Below, piece after piece: positions 1-7,281 of a DNA stretch of 31,361 bases. The notes below the pieces were generated by a model. It did no database searches, had not been told where the DNA came from, and saw nothing but the letters and a program-made list of their open reading frames with translations. Position 1 is the stretch's first letter. Each line of letters opens with the position of its first letter. Made by a program: the position numbers and the translations under genes. The DNA is from a virus (Duplodnaviria; Caudoviricetes), in IMG/VR virus record IMGVR_UViG_3300037309_000002, positions 1 through 31,361 of that record; one strand, written 5' to 3'.

Positions 1-151
1 TTAAGAGATGCTTTGTTCCCTGGCTCTTGTTTGCTTCCAGAGCCCAAACCGTAGACTGCCGCACACCTACCGCGTTTGCCAGCCAATCTTGACCGTATCC
101 CGGACCAAGGGCCTCCCGCGCCGCCTTCACTCTGTCGCCAATCGTTTCCAT
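1..151 (-). CDS. cI: CI-like phage repressor, N-terminal HTH (runs off the left edge)
   Basis: Not in the ORF track. Manual translation from ATG at 151: METIGDRVKAAREALGPGYGQDWLANAVGVRQSTVWALEANKSQGTKHLL..., an XRE/Cro-C1 HTH, divergent from cro. Confidence 0.9.
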   Translation of the reverse strand, partial: METIGDRVKAAREALGPGYGQDWLANAVGVRQSTVWALEANKSQGTKHLL

Positions 152-161
152 CCATAAACGT

Positions 162-226
162 TACCGCTGCGTCGGTAGTGCAGTCTTTACCGAATTACCG
201 GTTGACGTAAGACCGATAAAACGGTA
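162..226. promoter_or_regulatory. Lysis/lysogeny switch with three 16-bp palindromic operators (ACCG-N6-CGGT) overlapping divergent promoters
   Basis: TACCGctgcgtCGGTA (162-177), TACCGaattacCGGTT (188-203), GACCGataaaaCGGTA (211-226). Rightward promoter candidate TTGACG (202-207), 17 bp, TAATTC (225-230). Leftward -10 candidate TAACGT (163-158). Confidence 0.85.
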
Positions 227-236
227 ATTCCCGGTC

Positions 237-488
237 ATGACCACCGTTTCTCCTCAAGACGCGCTTCGGCGTGCAATAGAAATCCTAGGGGGCCAGTCGG
301 ACACGGCTACGGCCCTTGGTCTGCGTCAGTCCACGATCTGGACTTGGTTGAACAAGCAGCGCCGGGCCCCCGCCGAATGGGTCCTGCCGATCGAGCGCGC
401 GACCCGCGAGGCTGGGAACGAAGTCTCCCGCCACGAGCTGCGCCCCGACATCTACCCGGTCGAGCCCAAAATCCAAGCAGCGGAGTGA
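237..488 (+). CDS. cro: Cro-like (YdaS-type) repressor
   Basis: GGQSDTATALGLRQSTIWTW HTH and the C-terminal SRHELRPDIY motif; divergent from cI. Confidence 0.92.
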   Translation: MTTVSPQDALRRAIEILGGQSDTATALGLRQSTIWTWLNKQRRAPAEWVLPIERATREAGNEVSRHELRPDIYPVEPKIQAAE

Positions 489-491
489 GCC

Positions 492-635
492 ATGCGCGAA
501 GACTGGGACAAGATTTGGGATGAGCCGCCGTACACGGACGAACCGCTGACGCTGGTCGAATGGGCCGTCGCTGCCGGGTTCTTGGCCGTCATCGTCGCGT
601 GCATCCTCGCAACCATCATCGCAATCGCGGGGTAG
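492..635 (+). CDS. Small single-pass membrane protein (47 aa)
   Basis: Manual translation MREDWDKIWDEPPYTDEPLTLVEWAVAAGFLAVIVACILATIIAIAG; GGAG upstream; acidic N-terminus followed by a hydrophobic helix. Confidence 0.65.
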   Translation: MREDWDKIWDEPPYTDEPLTLVEWAVAAGFLAVIVACILATIIAIAG

Positions 636-639
636 GGCC

Positions 640-777
640 ATGCCAAACCGCTGGGACGCATGGCTTGCTTTCGCCGCCGCATTTCTGGCGGTGTCGCTGA
701 TTTCTTGGTCAATGCAGCGACCCAAGCCGCCAGCGCCTGCGCCCGAAAAAATCTGCGAACTGAGGGGCACCATATGA
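640..777 (+). CDS. Small membrane protein (45 aa)
   Basis: Manual translation MPNRWDAWLAFAAAFLAVSLISWSMQRPKPPAPAPEKICELRGTI; starts 4 nt after the previous stop and ends in an ATGA overlap. Confidence 0.6.
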   Translation: MPNRWDAWLAFAAAFLAVSLISWSMQRPKPPAPAPEKICELRGTI

Positions 778-1052
778 CAGCCCTTCCAAGATTGGCCGAA
801 CCATCGGCCTACGAAACGCGAGGCGGCCCTACCCGTAAGGATGGGCGCGCCGGTACGGCTAGCATCCCGGAAACGGCTGTAGGGTCTGCACTCTCACCCT
901 TGAGGCCTAACCCGGCGTTGCCACCGCCTCGCGCACCCGCCCTTGATGGGCAATCCCCCCACCACCTTGGCCAGGACAGGACTCGACATCCCGTCCTGGC
1001 TCTTTCTTCCGCAAACACGACGACGACACATCGTCAGGATGCGGAGGAAGGC

Positions 1053-1355
1053 ATGGGAAAATCTACCCGCGCGAACACGGTTAACTCGCGCAATAACACG
1101 GTGAATATGCGGTTTCGGCCATTTGTCGTCGCAGCGACAGAAGGCGTGACCAAGGAAGTCGCGCGCGAAACCGACATCGCGCCACGCACGATCGAGGACA
1201 TTCGTTGCCGCGAAAAACTCGGAAGCGTGCCGACGTTTCTGTTGCTGGCGCAGCGCGATCCGCGTTTGGCCGCAGAAATCCGGCGCTTCCTGGACGAGGG
1301 CAACACCGCGCGCGGCATGAACGACCTGATGCGCCTGATGGGAGGTCAGCAATGA
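1053..1355 (+). CDS. CII-like regulatory protein (possible longer start at 774)
   Basis: GGAGG at 1043-1047 before ATG 1053; HTH-like TKEVARETDIAPRTIEDIR; located downstream of cro. Confidence 0.6.
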   Translation: MGKSTRANTVNSRNNTVNMRFRPFVVAATEGVTKEVARETDIAPRTIEDIRCREKLGSVPTFLLLAQRDPRLAAEIRRFLDEGNTARGMNDLMRLMGGQQ

Positions 1356-1768
1356 GCCGCCCTCGCCACATCACGGACCAAATCAAAGCGCGCCGCGCGC
1401 GCGTGATGACGATGTATCTCGAAGGCCAGCGTGCCCCGGCGATCGCGCGCACCTTGGGCGTTTCGATATCGACGGTCGAAGCCGATGTGCAGCGCCTGCG
1501 CCGCGATGGCGATCTATCCGACAAACGAGCCGACGGCAGCCGCTACGACATCGGCGTTACGAGGCCCGAGGATCTGACCCTGGCCAAGCGCGTCGTCACG
1601 ATCTCGCGGCCCTCGGGCTCTGTCCTCATCCACCGCTTTTACGCAGACGAGAAGGCCGCTCGCGCGGAACCCCTCCAAGCGTTGGCCGGTCCCTATGGCG
1701 GGCACATCGACAGCGACGTCGTCTTTGTTCGCGACCGGATGAAAAGCGCATGGGCGGTGGCCCCCTAA
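1352..1768 (+). CDS. HTH DNA-binding protein
   Basis: ATGA overlap and GGAGG RBS; VMTMYLEGQRAPAIARTLGVSISTVEADVQRLR resembles a sigma-region-4/LuxR-like HTH. Confidence 0.75.
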   Translation: MSRPRHITDQIKARRARVMTMYLEGQRAPAIARTLGVSISTVEADVQRLRRDGDLSDKRADGSRYDIGVTRPEDLTLAKRVVTISRPSGSVLIHRFYADEKAARAEPLQALAGPYGGHIDSDVVFVRDRMKSAWAVAP

Positions 1769-1811
1769 CTTCACTTTGCGTGCCTTCAACCCCCAACCGA
1801 GGATCTACACT

Positions 1812-2534
1812 TTGGCCCGAAAACTCACTGCCGATACCGATGTCTCCGGAACTATGAAGCGGCAGGGCCGCGCGAAGGCCGAGCGCGCCTTCAACAAGGC
1901 GACGGCTGGCGAACCCCAAGCCAAACCGGCCGGCCCGCGCATCGTCACGGAACTGAAATCCAATGGCCCGCGTCCTGTCGATCTGCGCCACCATTATGAG
2001 CAGATCGAGGCGGCGAAGGCCGCGGCGCAATCGAAGGCCGCGGAACACCAAGCCAAGCGCAAGATGGCGAAGGAATGCGGCATCAACCTGAATGCGATCA
2101 GCCTGATCCAGAAGTTCCAGAAGATGGACGAGGACGATCGCGCGTCGACGTTCAAGCAGATGGCCGCGCTGAACGAGGTCATGAACAAAGGCATTCAATT
2201 CGACCTGTTCGGTGCGACCGGCCAACTATCGCGCAAGGCCGAGATTTTCGACGAGGGCTACAAAGCCGGGCTGGCCGCGAAGAGCCAATCGGATTCGGCG
2301 TATGACGCGAACACCACGCACGGGCAAATCTGGCTTCAGGGCTGGCACATCGGGCAGGCCGAGAACATCGAGGCGCTGACCAAGGGTGCGGCGCCGGCCG
2401 CCGCTGAAAGCTCTGGCAGCGATGCAGGCGATGAGCATCCGGACCCGGACGCCCAGAACGTGTGGCCCGACGACGAACAGATCGCCGCGCAAAAGACCAA
2501 TGGCCACGACGCCCAGGCGGAAGCGGCCGCATGA
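1812..2534 (+). CDS. Multidomain protein with GapR-like domain, QFDLF motif and RMF-like domain
   Basis: TTG start at 1812 after GAGGA (alternative ATG at 1854). LRHHYEQIE...AKECGIN...KMDEDDR is GapR/DUF2312-like; EGYKAGLAAKS...AY...WLQGW is RMF-like. Confidence 0.7.
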   Translation: MARKLTADTDVSGTMKRQGRAKAERAFNKATAGEPQAKPAGPRIVTELKSNGPRPVDLRHHYEQIEAAKAAAQSKAAEHQAKRKMAKECGINLNAISLIQKFQKMDEDDRASTFKQMAALNEVMNKGIQFDLFGATGQLSRKAEIFDEGYKAGLAAKSQSDSAYDANTTHGQIWLQGWHIGQAENIEALTKGAAPAAAESSGSDAGDEHPDPDAQNVWPDDEQIAAQKTNGHDAQAEAAA

Positions 2535-3052
2535 AAGTCCTAGCGCTCGACATCGCAACCGTTTCGGGCTGGGCCATCGGCGACGGCATCGCAATGCCGC
2601 GCTCTGGCGTCTTTGGCCTGCCTGGAACCGGCGACAATATCGGGCGCTACCTTCTCCACTGGGCCGAGTGGTTCGAGGCTAAGCTTGAGGCAGAGAAGCC
2701 GACAGAGGTGGTCTTCGAAGCGCCGATCCTGCCGAAGATGACGAACCTCGCGACGACGCGAAAGCTTCAGGGCCTTGCGGGCGTCACCGAAATGATCTGC
2801 GAGGCGCGCGAAATTCCAGTGTTCGAGGCGATGGCGTCCAACGTGCGGCGGCTGTTTCTGGGCCGCTCGTGGCCGAAGAAGGGCGGGCGCGATGGGCTCA
2901 AGATCGCCGTCATGGCCGGGTGCCGCCAACGCGGCTGGAACCCCCTCGACGACAACGAAGCCGACGCGCTCGCCATCCTCGACGTCACCCTGAGCCTGCG
3001 CCGCCAGTCCTACAGCGCCCACAGCTTCATCGAAACCATGAGGGCCGCGTGA
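2531..3052 (+). CDS. RuvC-like Holliday junction resolvase
   Basis: RNase H-fold motifs MKVLALDIATVSGWA, VVFEAP and DDNEADALAI; ATGA coupling. Confidence 0.85.
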   Translation: MKVLALDIATVSGWAIGDGIAMPRSGVFGLPGTGDNIGRYLLHWAEWFEAKLEAEKPTEVVFEAPILPKMTNLATTRKLQGLAGVTEMICEAREIPVFEAMASNVRRLFLGRSWPKKGGRDGLKIAVMAGCRQRGWNPLDDNEADALAILDVTLSLRRQSYSAHSFIETMRAA

Positions 3053-3672
3053 CCGATCTTTTCGCCCTGCGCCCCGCCAATGGATTCGCGGCGATCGTCG
3101 CGGACCCGCCGTGGCATTTCAGGGCACGGACGGCTTTGCAGACGCGCAACTTTCAATGCGCGCGCGATGCCGAGAAGCACTATGCGGTGATGGGGCTGGA
3201 CGAAATCAAGGCGATGCCGGTTAAGGCTGTTGCGGCGAAGGACGCGCACCTTTTCCTTTGGGTGACCGGGCCAGTTCTGCCGCAGGCGTTTGATGTCATG
3301 AAGGCGTGGGGGTTCAAGTATTCCGCCGTCGCCTTTACTTGGATCAAGCTGCGCCGCTCTTTCGATGCGCTGCAATTGCGGGTACTGCCGACGCTCGAGT
3401 CTGACCTTCATGTCGGCTTAGGTCTGACGACACGGAAGAATGCTGAGTTCTGCCTTCTTGGCCGTCGCGGGAACGCCCGGCGCAATGCAAAGAACGTCCG
3501 CGAAATCATTATGTCCCCGGTCCGCGAGCATTCGCGGAAACCTGACGAGGCCTGCGCGCGCGTCGAGCGCTATTGCGACGGCCCCTACCTGGAACTGTTC
3601 GCACGCCAATCGCGCCCCGGCTGGACCGCGTGGGGCAATGAAACCAACAAATTCGACATGGAGGCCGCATAG
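3049..3672 (+). CDS. MT-A70-family N6-adenine methyltransferase (orphan)
   Basis: Motifs IVADPPW, HLFLWV, AWGFKY, HSRKP, YLELFAR and GWTAWGNE; GTGA overlap with the upstream stop. Confidence 0.93.
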   Translation: MTDLFALRPANGFAAIVADPPWHFRARTALQTRNFQCARDAEKHYAVMGLDEIKAMPVKAVAAKDAHLFLWVTGPVLPQAFDVMKAWGFKYSAVAFTWIKLRRSFDALQLRVLPTLESDLHVGLGLTTRKNAEFCLLGRRGNARRNAKNVREIIMSPVREHSRKPDEACARVERYCDGPYLELFARQSRPGWTAWGNETNKFDMEAA

Positions 3673-4103
3673 TGCCCGCCGTTCCTTCCAACCCGCCTTT
3701 GCATTCGAAGCGCCAGCAATCGGTTCTCGATCAGAGCCAAATGATCGACGACGCGCGGCGGATCGCTGCGAAGCCCATGGCGGTCATGCCGGTCGATGTG
3801 GCCAATCGCGACGTCGTGCGCAAGGCGCATGGCCTGCCGAGCGCCGCAAGTGTCGCTGCGGCCGTCACCTCTGGCGCGCGCGGCATCGTTATCGAGAAGA
3901 ACGTGCCGATCCCGACGAAAGCGCGTGGCGGCTCGCTGCCGTTCGATCAAATGGAAGTGGGCGACAGCTTCTTTGTGGTTCGCTCTGCGACCGGCGCGAA
4001 TGCCGCGATTAAAAAAGCGCAAGAGGCGACGAAGTTCAAATTCACCTACCGGACCGTGACCGAAGGCGGCGTCAAGGGCGTGCGAATCTGGAGGTCCGCA
4101 TGA
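3672..4103 (+). CDS. Conserved phage hypothetical protein, probably DNA-binding
   Basis: IEKNVPIP...PFDQMEVGDSFFV...GVRIWR pattern, familiar from small phage proteins; coupled to both neighbours. Confidence 0.7.
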   Translation: MPAVPSNPPLHSKRQQSVLDQSQMIDDARRIAAKPMAVMPVDVANRDVVRKAHGLPSAASVAAAVTSGARGIVIEKNVPIPTKARGGSLPFDQMEVGDSFFVVRSATGANAAIKKAQEATKFKFTYRTVTEGGVKGVRIWRSA

Positions 4104-4465
4104 CGCAAGGCGCGACCTCTAAAGAGCCGACCGCGAGCGATCTGGCGATCGTCGACGCCCTGATTGCCTTGCATGAGGCGGGGAAGCCGACCGGCGCGTC
4201 GTCTTTGCGCGGTTCCATGAACAAGGTTGCGTTTTTGTGGGCAATTCGGCGGCTCGAAGCGGCCAGGTACATCGGCACGAGCCAGTCAGATACCGGCGTA
4301 TCGTATTACGTTCCGCTTCGGGATTCGACGGGCGCGCCATATGACAAAAACGCGGCGCTCTATCAGATCGAGCAGCGGGGCCGGTGGACGATCAAGGTCT
4401 GCCCGCCGCGCTATGCCGCCGGGTCGATCACCTTTCCCCAAAGGCCCATGAGGAGGCGCTCATGA
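4100..4465 (+). CDS. Hypothetical protein, possible winged-helix
   Basis: ATGA overlaps on both sides, GGAGG RBS; AIRRLEAARYI resembles a wHTH segment. Confidence 0.65.
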   Translation: MTQGATSKEPTASDLAIVDALIALHEAGKPTGASSLRGSMNKVAFLWAIRRLEAARYIGTSQSDTGVSYYVPLRDSTGAPYDKNAALYQIEQRGRWTIKVCPPRYAAGSITFPQRPMRRRS

Positions 4466-4710
4466 AGCGCGTCATCGCCCCAGCGCAAGAGCGCAGCCTT
4501 GCGGCTCTCGTCGAGTCCGGCCGGATGAAACGCATCGGCACGCGATTTTTCCCGGACGAACGCGCCCCGCGATCCTTCGGATTCACCGCCGTCATGCAAT
4601 TGGTCGAGCGCCGCCTTGCGCGGATTTCCGATCTTGAGGTGACGTCGATCGAGCCGACGACGGCCGGCCGCCGGATTTATGCAGAAGTTTGTGCGAGGCC
4701 GCAGGCATGA
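4462..4710 (+). CDS. Hypothetical protein, possible winged-helix
   Basis: Start MKRVIAP at 4462 with GGAGG RBS and ATGA overlap. Confidence 0.65.
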   Translation: MKRVIAPAQERSLAALVESGRMKRIGTRFFPDERAPRSFGFTAVMQLVERRLARISDLEVTSIEPTTAGRRIYAEVCARPQA

Positions 4711-4940
4711 CCTCCCGCCGCGATCTGATCCTGTCCGCGCCAATGCCGGGCGAGCGTCCGCTGAAGGGCCTGTCCGAGCTTTCGCTGCGCCTCGCGCGCG
4801 ATATGGCAATGGATCAGATCCACGAGGCCCGGCGCACCGGCGATGACATCCGGCGCGTCGATGGCCTTTTGATCCTCATGCGCGTGCGCGGCGAGTACGC
4901 AACCCGCGTCCACGAGGCCAACCGGGCGAGGGCGGTATGA
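4707..4940 (+). CDS. Hypothetical protein
   Basis: Start MTSRRDL at 4707; ATGA overlaps with both neighbours. Confidence 0.6.
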   Translation: MTSRRDLILSAPMPGERPLKGLSELSLRLARDMAMDQIHEARRTGDDIRRVDGLLILMRVRGEYATRVHEANRARAV

Positions 4941-6364
4941 CTCTGCACCTGGTATCAGACGCGACATCCGCGGAACTGCCGCACGATCTGGAAACAGAGC
5001 AAGCGCTGATCGGCGCGATCTTGGTGCGCGAGACGGTCGAATTCGTCGCCAGCATGGTTAGACCTGAGCATTTTTTCGAGCCGCTCCACGCGCGAATCTA
5101 CGAGGCGCTTTTGGCCTGCAACAAGGCAGGACGCAGGCCCGGCTTAAACTCCATCCGCGCGGAATTCGTCCTCGACCGAACAATGCAGGAGGTCGGCGGT
5201 CTTCGCTATCTCACCAACTGCATGGCGCTGGCGCCGGGTGTTTCAGACCAGACCCTCGAAGCAATGGCCGGCGCGGTCGTGAAGATGGCGGCTCAACGGG
5301 CAATCGTGCGAATGGCGCGGGACATCGAGGCCGTCGCGGCCGATGCGCCCAGCGAATGGGACGTTCAAGACCTCGTCCAGATGGCCGAAGGAAAGTTGCT
5401 GCAAACCAGCGCCGCCTATGCCTCGACACGCAAGCAGCGGTTTGAACCCGCCAGCGTCATTTCGGCCAAAGTGGTCGACGCGCTCTATCAGCCCGAATTG
5501 AACGACAGCGTCTCGTTCGGCTTGACCGAGCTGGATGCCATTACCGCCGGGATGCGGCCGAAGGAAATGATCGTCGTCGGCGCGAGGCCAGGCATGGGCA
5601 AGACCGCCTTCGCAACCGCGATCTCGCTTCGTGTCGCGCGCCAAAAGCGGGCCGTGGCCTTCTTCTCGATGGAAATGGACGCGGCATCGATCATCCGCCG
5701 CGCCCTGACATCGCTGGCCTATCAGCACGGCCACAACATCGCATACGAGGCCCTGCGCAAGGGCGGTCTGACGATCGCGCAGAAGGATGCGCTGGCGTCG
5801 GCAAGCACAGATTTCAATTCGCTGCCGTTCTGGATCCACGAAGGCCGAGACCATAAGCCGAGCGCGCTTGTGGCCGAGGCCCGGCGGATGCAGACGATCG
5901 CGGAGAAGATGGGGACGCCCCTTGGACTGATCGTCGTCGATCACATCCAAAAGGTCGTGCCCGAACGAGACGCACGCGGAAACAAGGTCGCGGAAGTGAC
6001 CGAAGTGTCCGATGCGCTGCAGAAGATGGCGGGCGCGTTGAACTGTCCCGTGATGGCGCTAAGCCAACTCAATCGCGGCGTCGAAGGCCGGGAAGATAAG
6101 CGTCCCGAACTTCGCGACCTGAGAGAGTCCGGCGCCATCGAGCAAGACGCCGACCTCGTCATGCTTCTGCACCGGGAAGCCTACTACCTCTCGAAGAAAG
6201 AGCCCAACAAATGGAAGGAGCAAGAAAAGCATAACGATTGGTATCGGGACTTCGTCCGCGTTCGCTACCAGCTTGACGTGATGATCGCCAAGCAGCGCAA
6301 CGGGGCCGAGGGAACCGTCATGGTCCATTTCGACGCGCCAACCGGCGCGATGAAGGATTGGTGA
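4937..6364 (+). CDS. dnaB: Replicative DNA helicase, DnaB family
   Basis: N-terminal PHDLETEQALIGAIL, Walker A GARPGMGKT, FFSMEM, IVVDHIQ, LSQLNR, DLRESGAIEQDAD and AKQRNG. Confidence 0.97.
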   Translation: MTLHLVSDATSAELPHDLETEQALIGAILVRETVEFVASMVRPEHFFEPLHARIYEALLACNKAGRRPGLNSIRAEFVLDRTMQEVGGLRYLTNCMALAPGVSDQTLEAMAGAVVKMAAQRAIVRMARDIEAVAADAPSEWDVQDLVQMAEGKLLQTSAAYASTRKQRFEPASVISAKVVDALYQPELNDSVSFGLTELDAITAGMRPKEMIVVGARPGMGKTAFATAISLRVARQKRAVAFFSMEMDAASIIRRALTSLAYQHGHNIAYEALRKGGLTIAQKDALASASTDFNSLPFWIHEGRDHKPSALVAEARRMQTIAEKMGTPLGLIVVDHIQKVVPERDARGNKVAEVTEVSDALQKMAGALNCPVMALSQLNRGVEGREDKRPELRDLRESGAIEQDADLVMLLHREAYYLSKKEPNKWKEQEKHNDWYRDFVRVRYQLDVMIAKQRNGAEGTVMVHFDAPTGAMKDW

Positions 6365-7281
6365 TGGCTGGAACCATTTGGGCGAAGTTTTACTGGTCTG
6401 ACTGGCAGAGCGATCCCGCTCTGAAACTCTGCTCACTTGCCGCTCAAGGTTTGTGGATGCGCATGTTGTGCATTGCCGCAGAATCCGACCCGACAGGCTA
6501 CGTTGCTGTCAATGGACGACCACTCGGAGTAACGGACATCGCCCGCTTGGCCGGTGTGACCGAAACTGAGTGCGAACCCTTGCTGCAAGAGCTAGCTCTG
6601 AACGGTGTTTTCTCCCGCACTGCCCGTGGCTGCATCTATTCGCGCCGCTTAGTCCGCGACGCGAAAACCTCCGCGCGCAACCAAAAAAACGGCAAAAGCG
6701 GAGGTAACCCAACCCTTTCAAAACAAAGGGGAATTTCTGAGTGGGTTAACCCCCCGGATAAGCCACCGGATAACCCCCCGGATAAGCCCCATATGCCAGA
6801 AGCCAGAAACCAGAAAGAAAATAAACCACCACCACCTAGCTCTCTGCCGGGCGAGGGCGGAGGCGATGCGGAGTTGACCCGGCGATGCGTGGCCGCGATT
6901 GGTTTCGATTGGTCGAGGCCGCCATCGCAAGCCTGGCTGACTTTGCCGGTCAAAATCGGCCAATGGCTGCGAAACGGTTGCACCGCCGACGACGTGATCG
7001 ACGGCGTTCGGACCGTCATGGCGAAGCGAAAATCGGGCGATTTCCCAAGCTCGCCGGCGTACTTCGACAAGGCGGTTCTCCGGCAGCGCGACGAACGATT
7101 GGCGCTCAACGGCGCAAAGCCGACCGCAGCCGATTGGGGACCGGACGATCCGGCCTGGCGATCGCTCGTCAAGGCCCATCAGGACGGCGTTTGGTTCGAG
7201 GACCAGTGGGGTCCACGGATCGGGCAACCCGGCTGCCGCGTGCCCGGCAAATTCCTCGAAAAACCCCAGGAGGCCGCATGA
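6364..7281 (+). CDS. Phage replication initiator (lambda O-like)
   Basis: N-terminal WAKFYWSDWQSDPALKLCSLAAQGLWMRMLC typical of phage initiators; low-complexity linker containing iterons; adjacent to dnaB with TGATG overlap. Confidence 0.85.
   Translation: MAGTIWAKFYWSDWQSDPALKLCSLAAQGLWMRMLCIAAESDPTGYVAVNGRPLGVTDIARLAGVTETECEPLLQELALNGVFSRTARGCIYSRRLVRDAKTSARNQKNGKSGGNPTLSKQRGISEWVNPPDKPPDNPPDKPHMPEARNQKENKPPPPSSLPGEGGGDAELTRRCVAAIGFDWSRPPSQAWLTLPVKIGQWLRNGCTADDVIDGVRTVMAKRKSGDFPSSPAYFDKAVLRQRDERLALNGAKPTAADWGPDDPAWRSLVKAHQDGVWFEDQWGPRIGQPGCRVPGKFLEKPQEAA
6747..6790 (+). repeat. Putative replication origin: 12-bp tandem iterons followed by an A-rich tract
   Basis: TAACCCCCCGGA / TAAGCCACCGGA / TAACCCCCCGGA / TAAGCCCC, followed by CCAGAAGCCAGAAACCAGAAAGAAAATAAA, inside the initiator linker as in lambdoid ori. 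Confidence 0.75.

Noticed and set aside
2531-3672. Restriction-modification pair (nuclease plus methyltransferase)
   Set aside because: The nuclease has RuvC-type resolvase motifs rather than restriction-enzyme motifs, and both genes are common independent residents of phage early regions.
6747-6790. CRISPR-like array
   Set aside because: These are short tandem units without spacers inside a CDS, and no cas genes are present.
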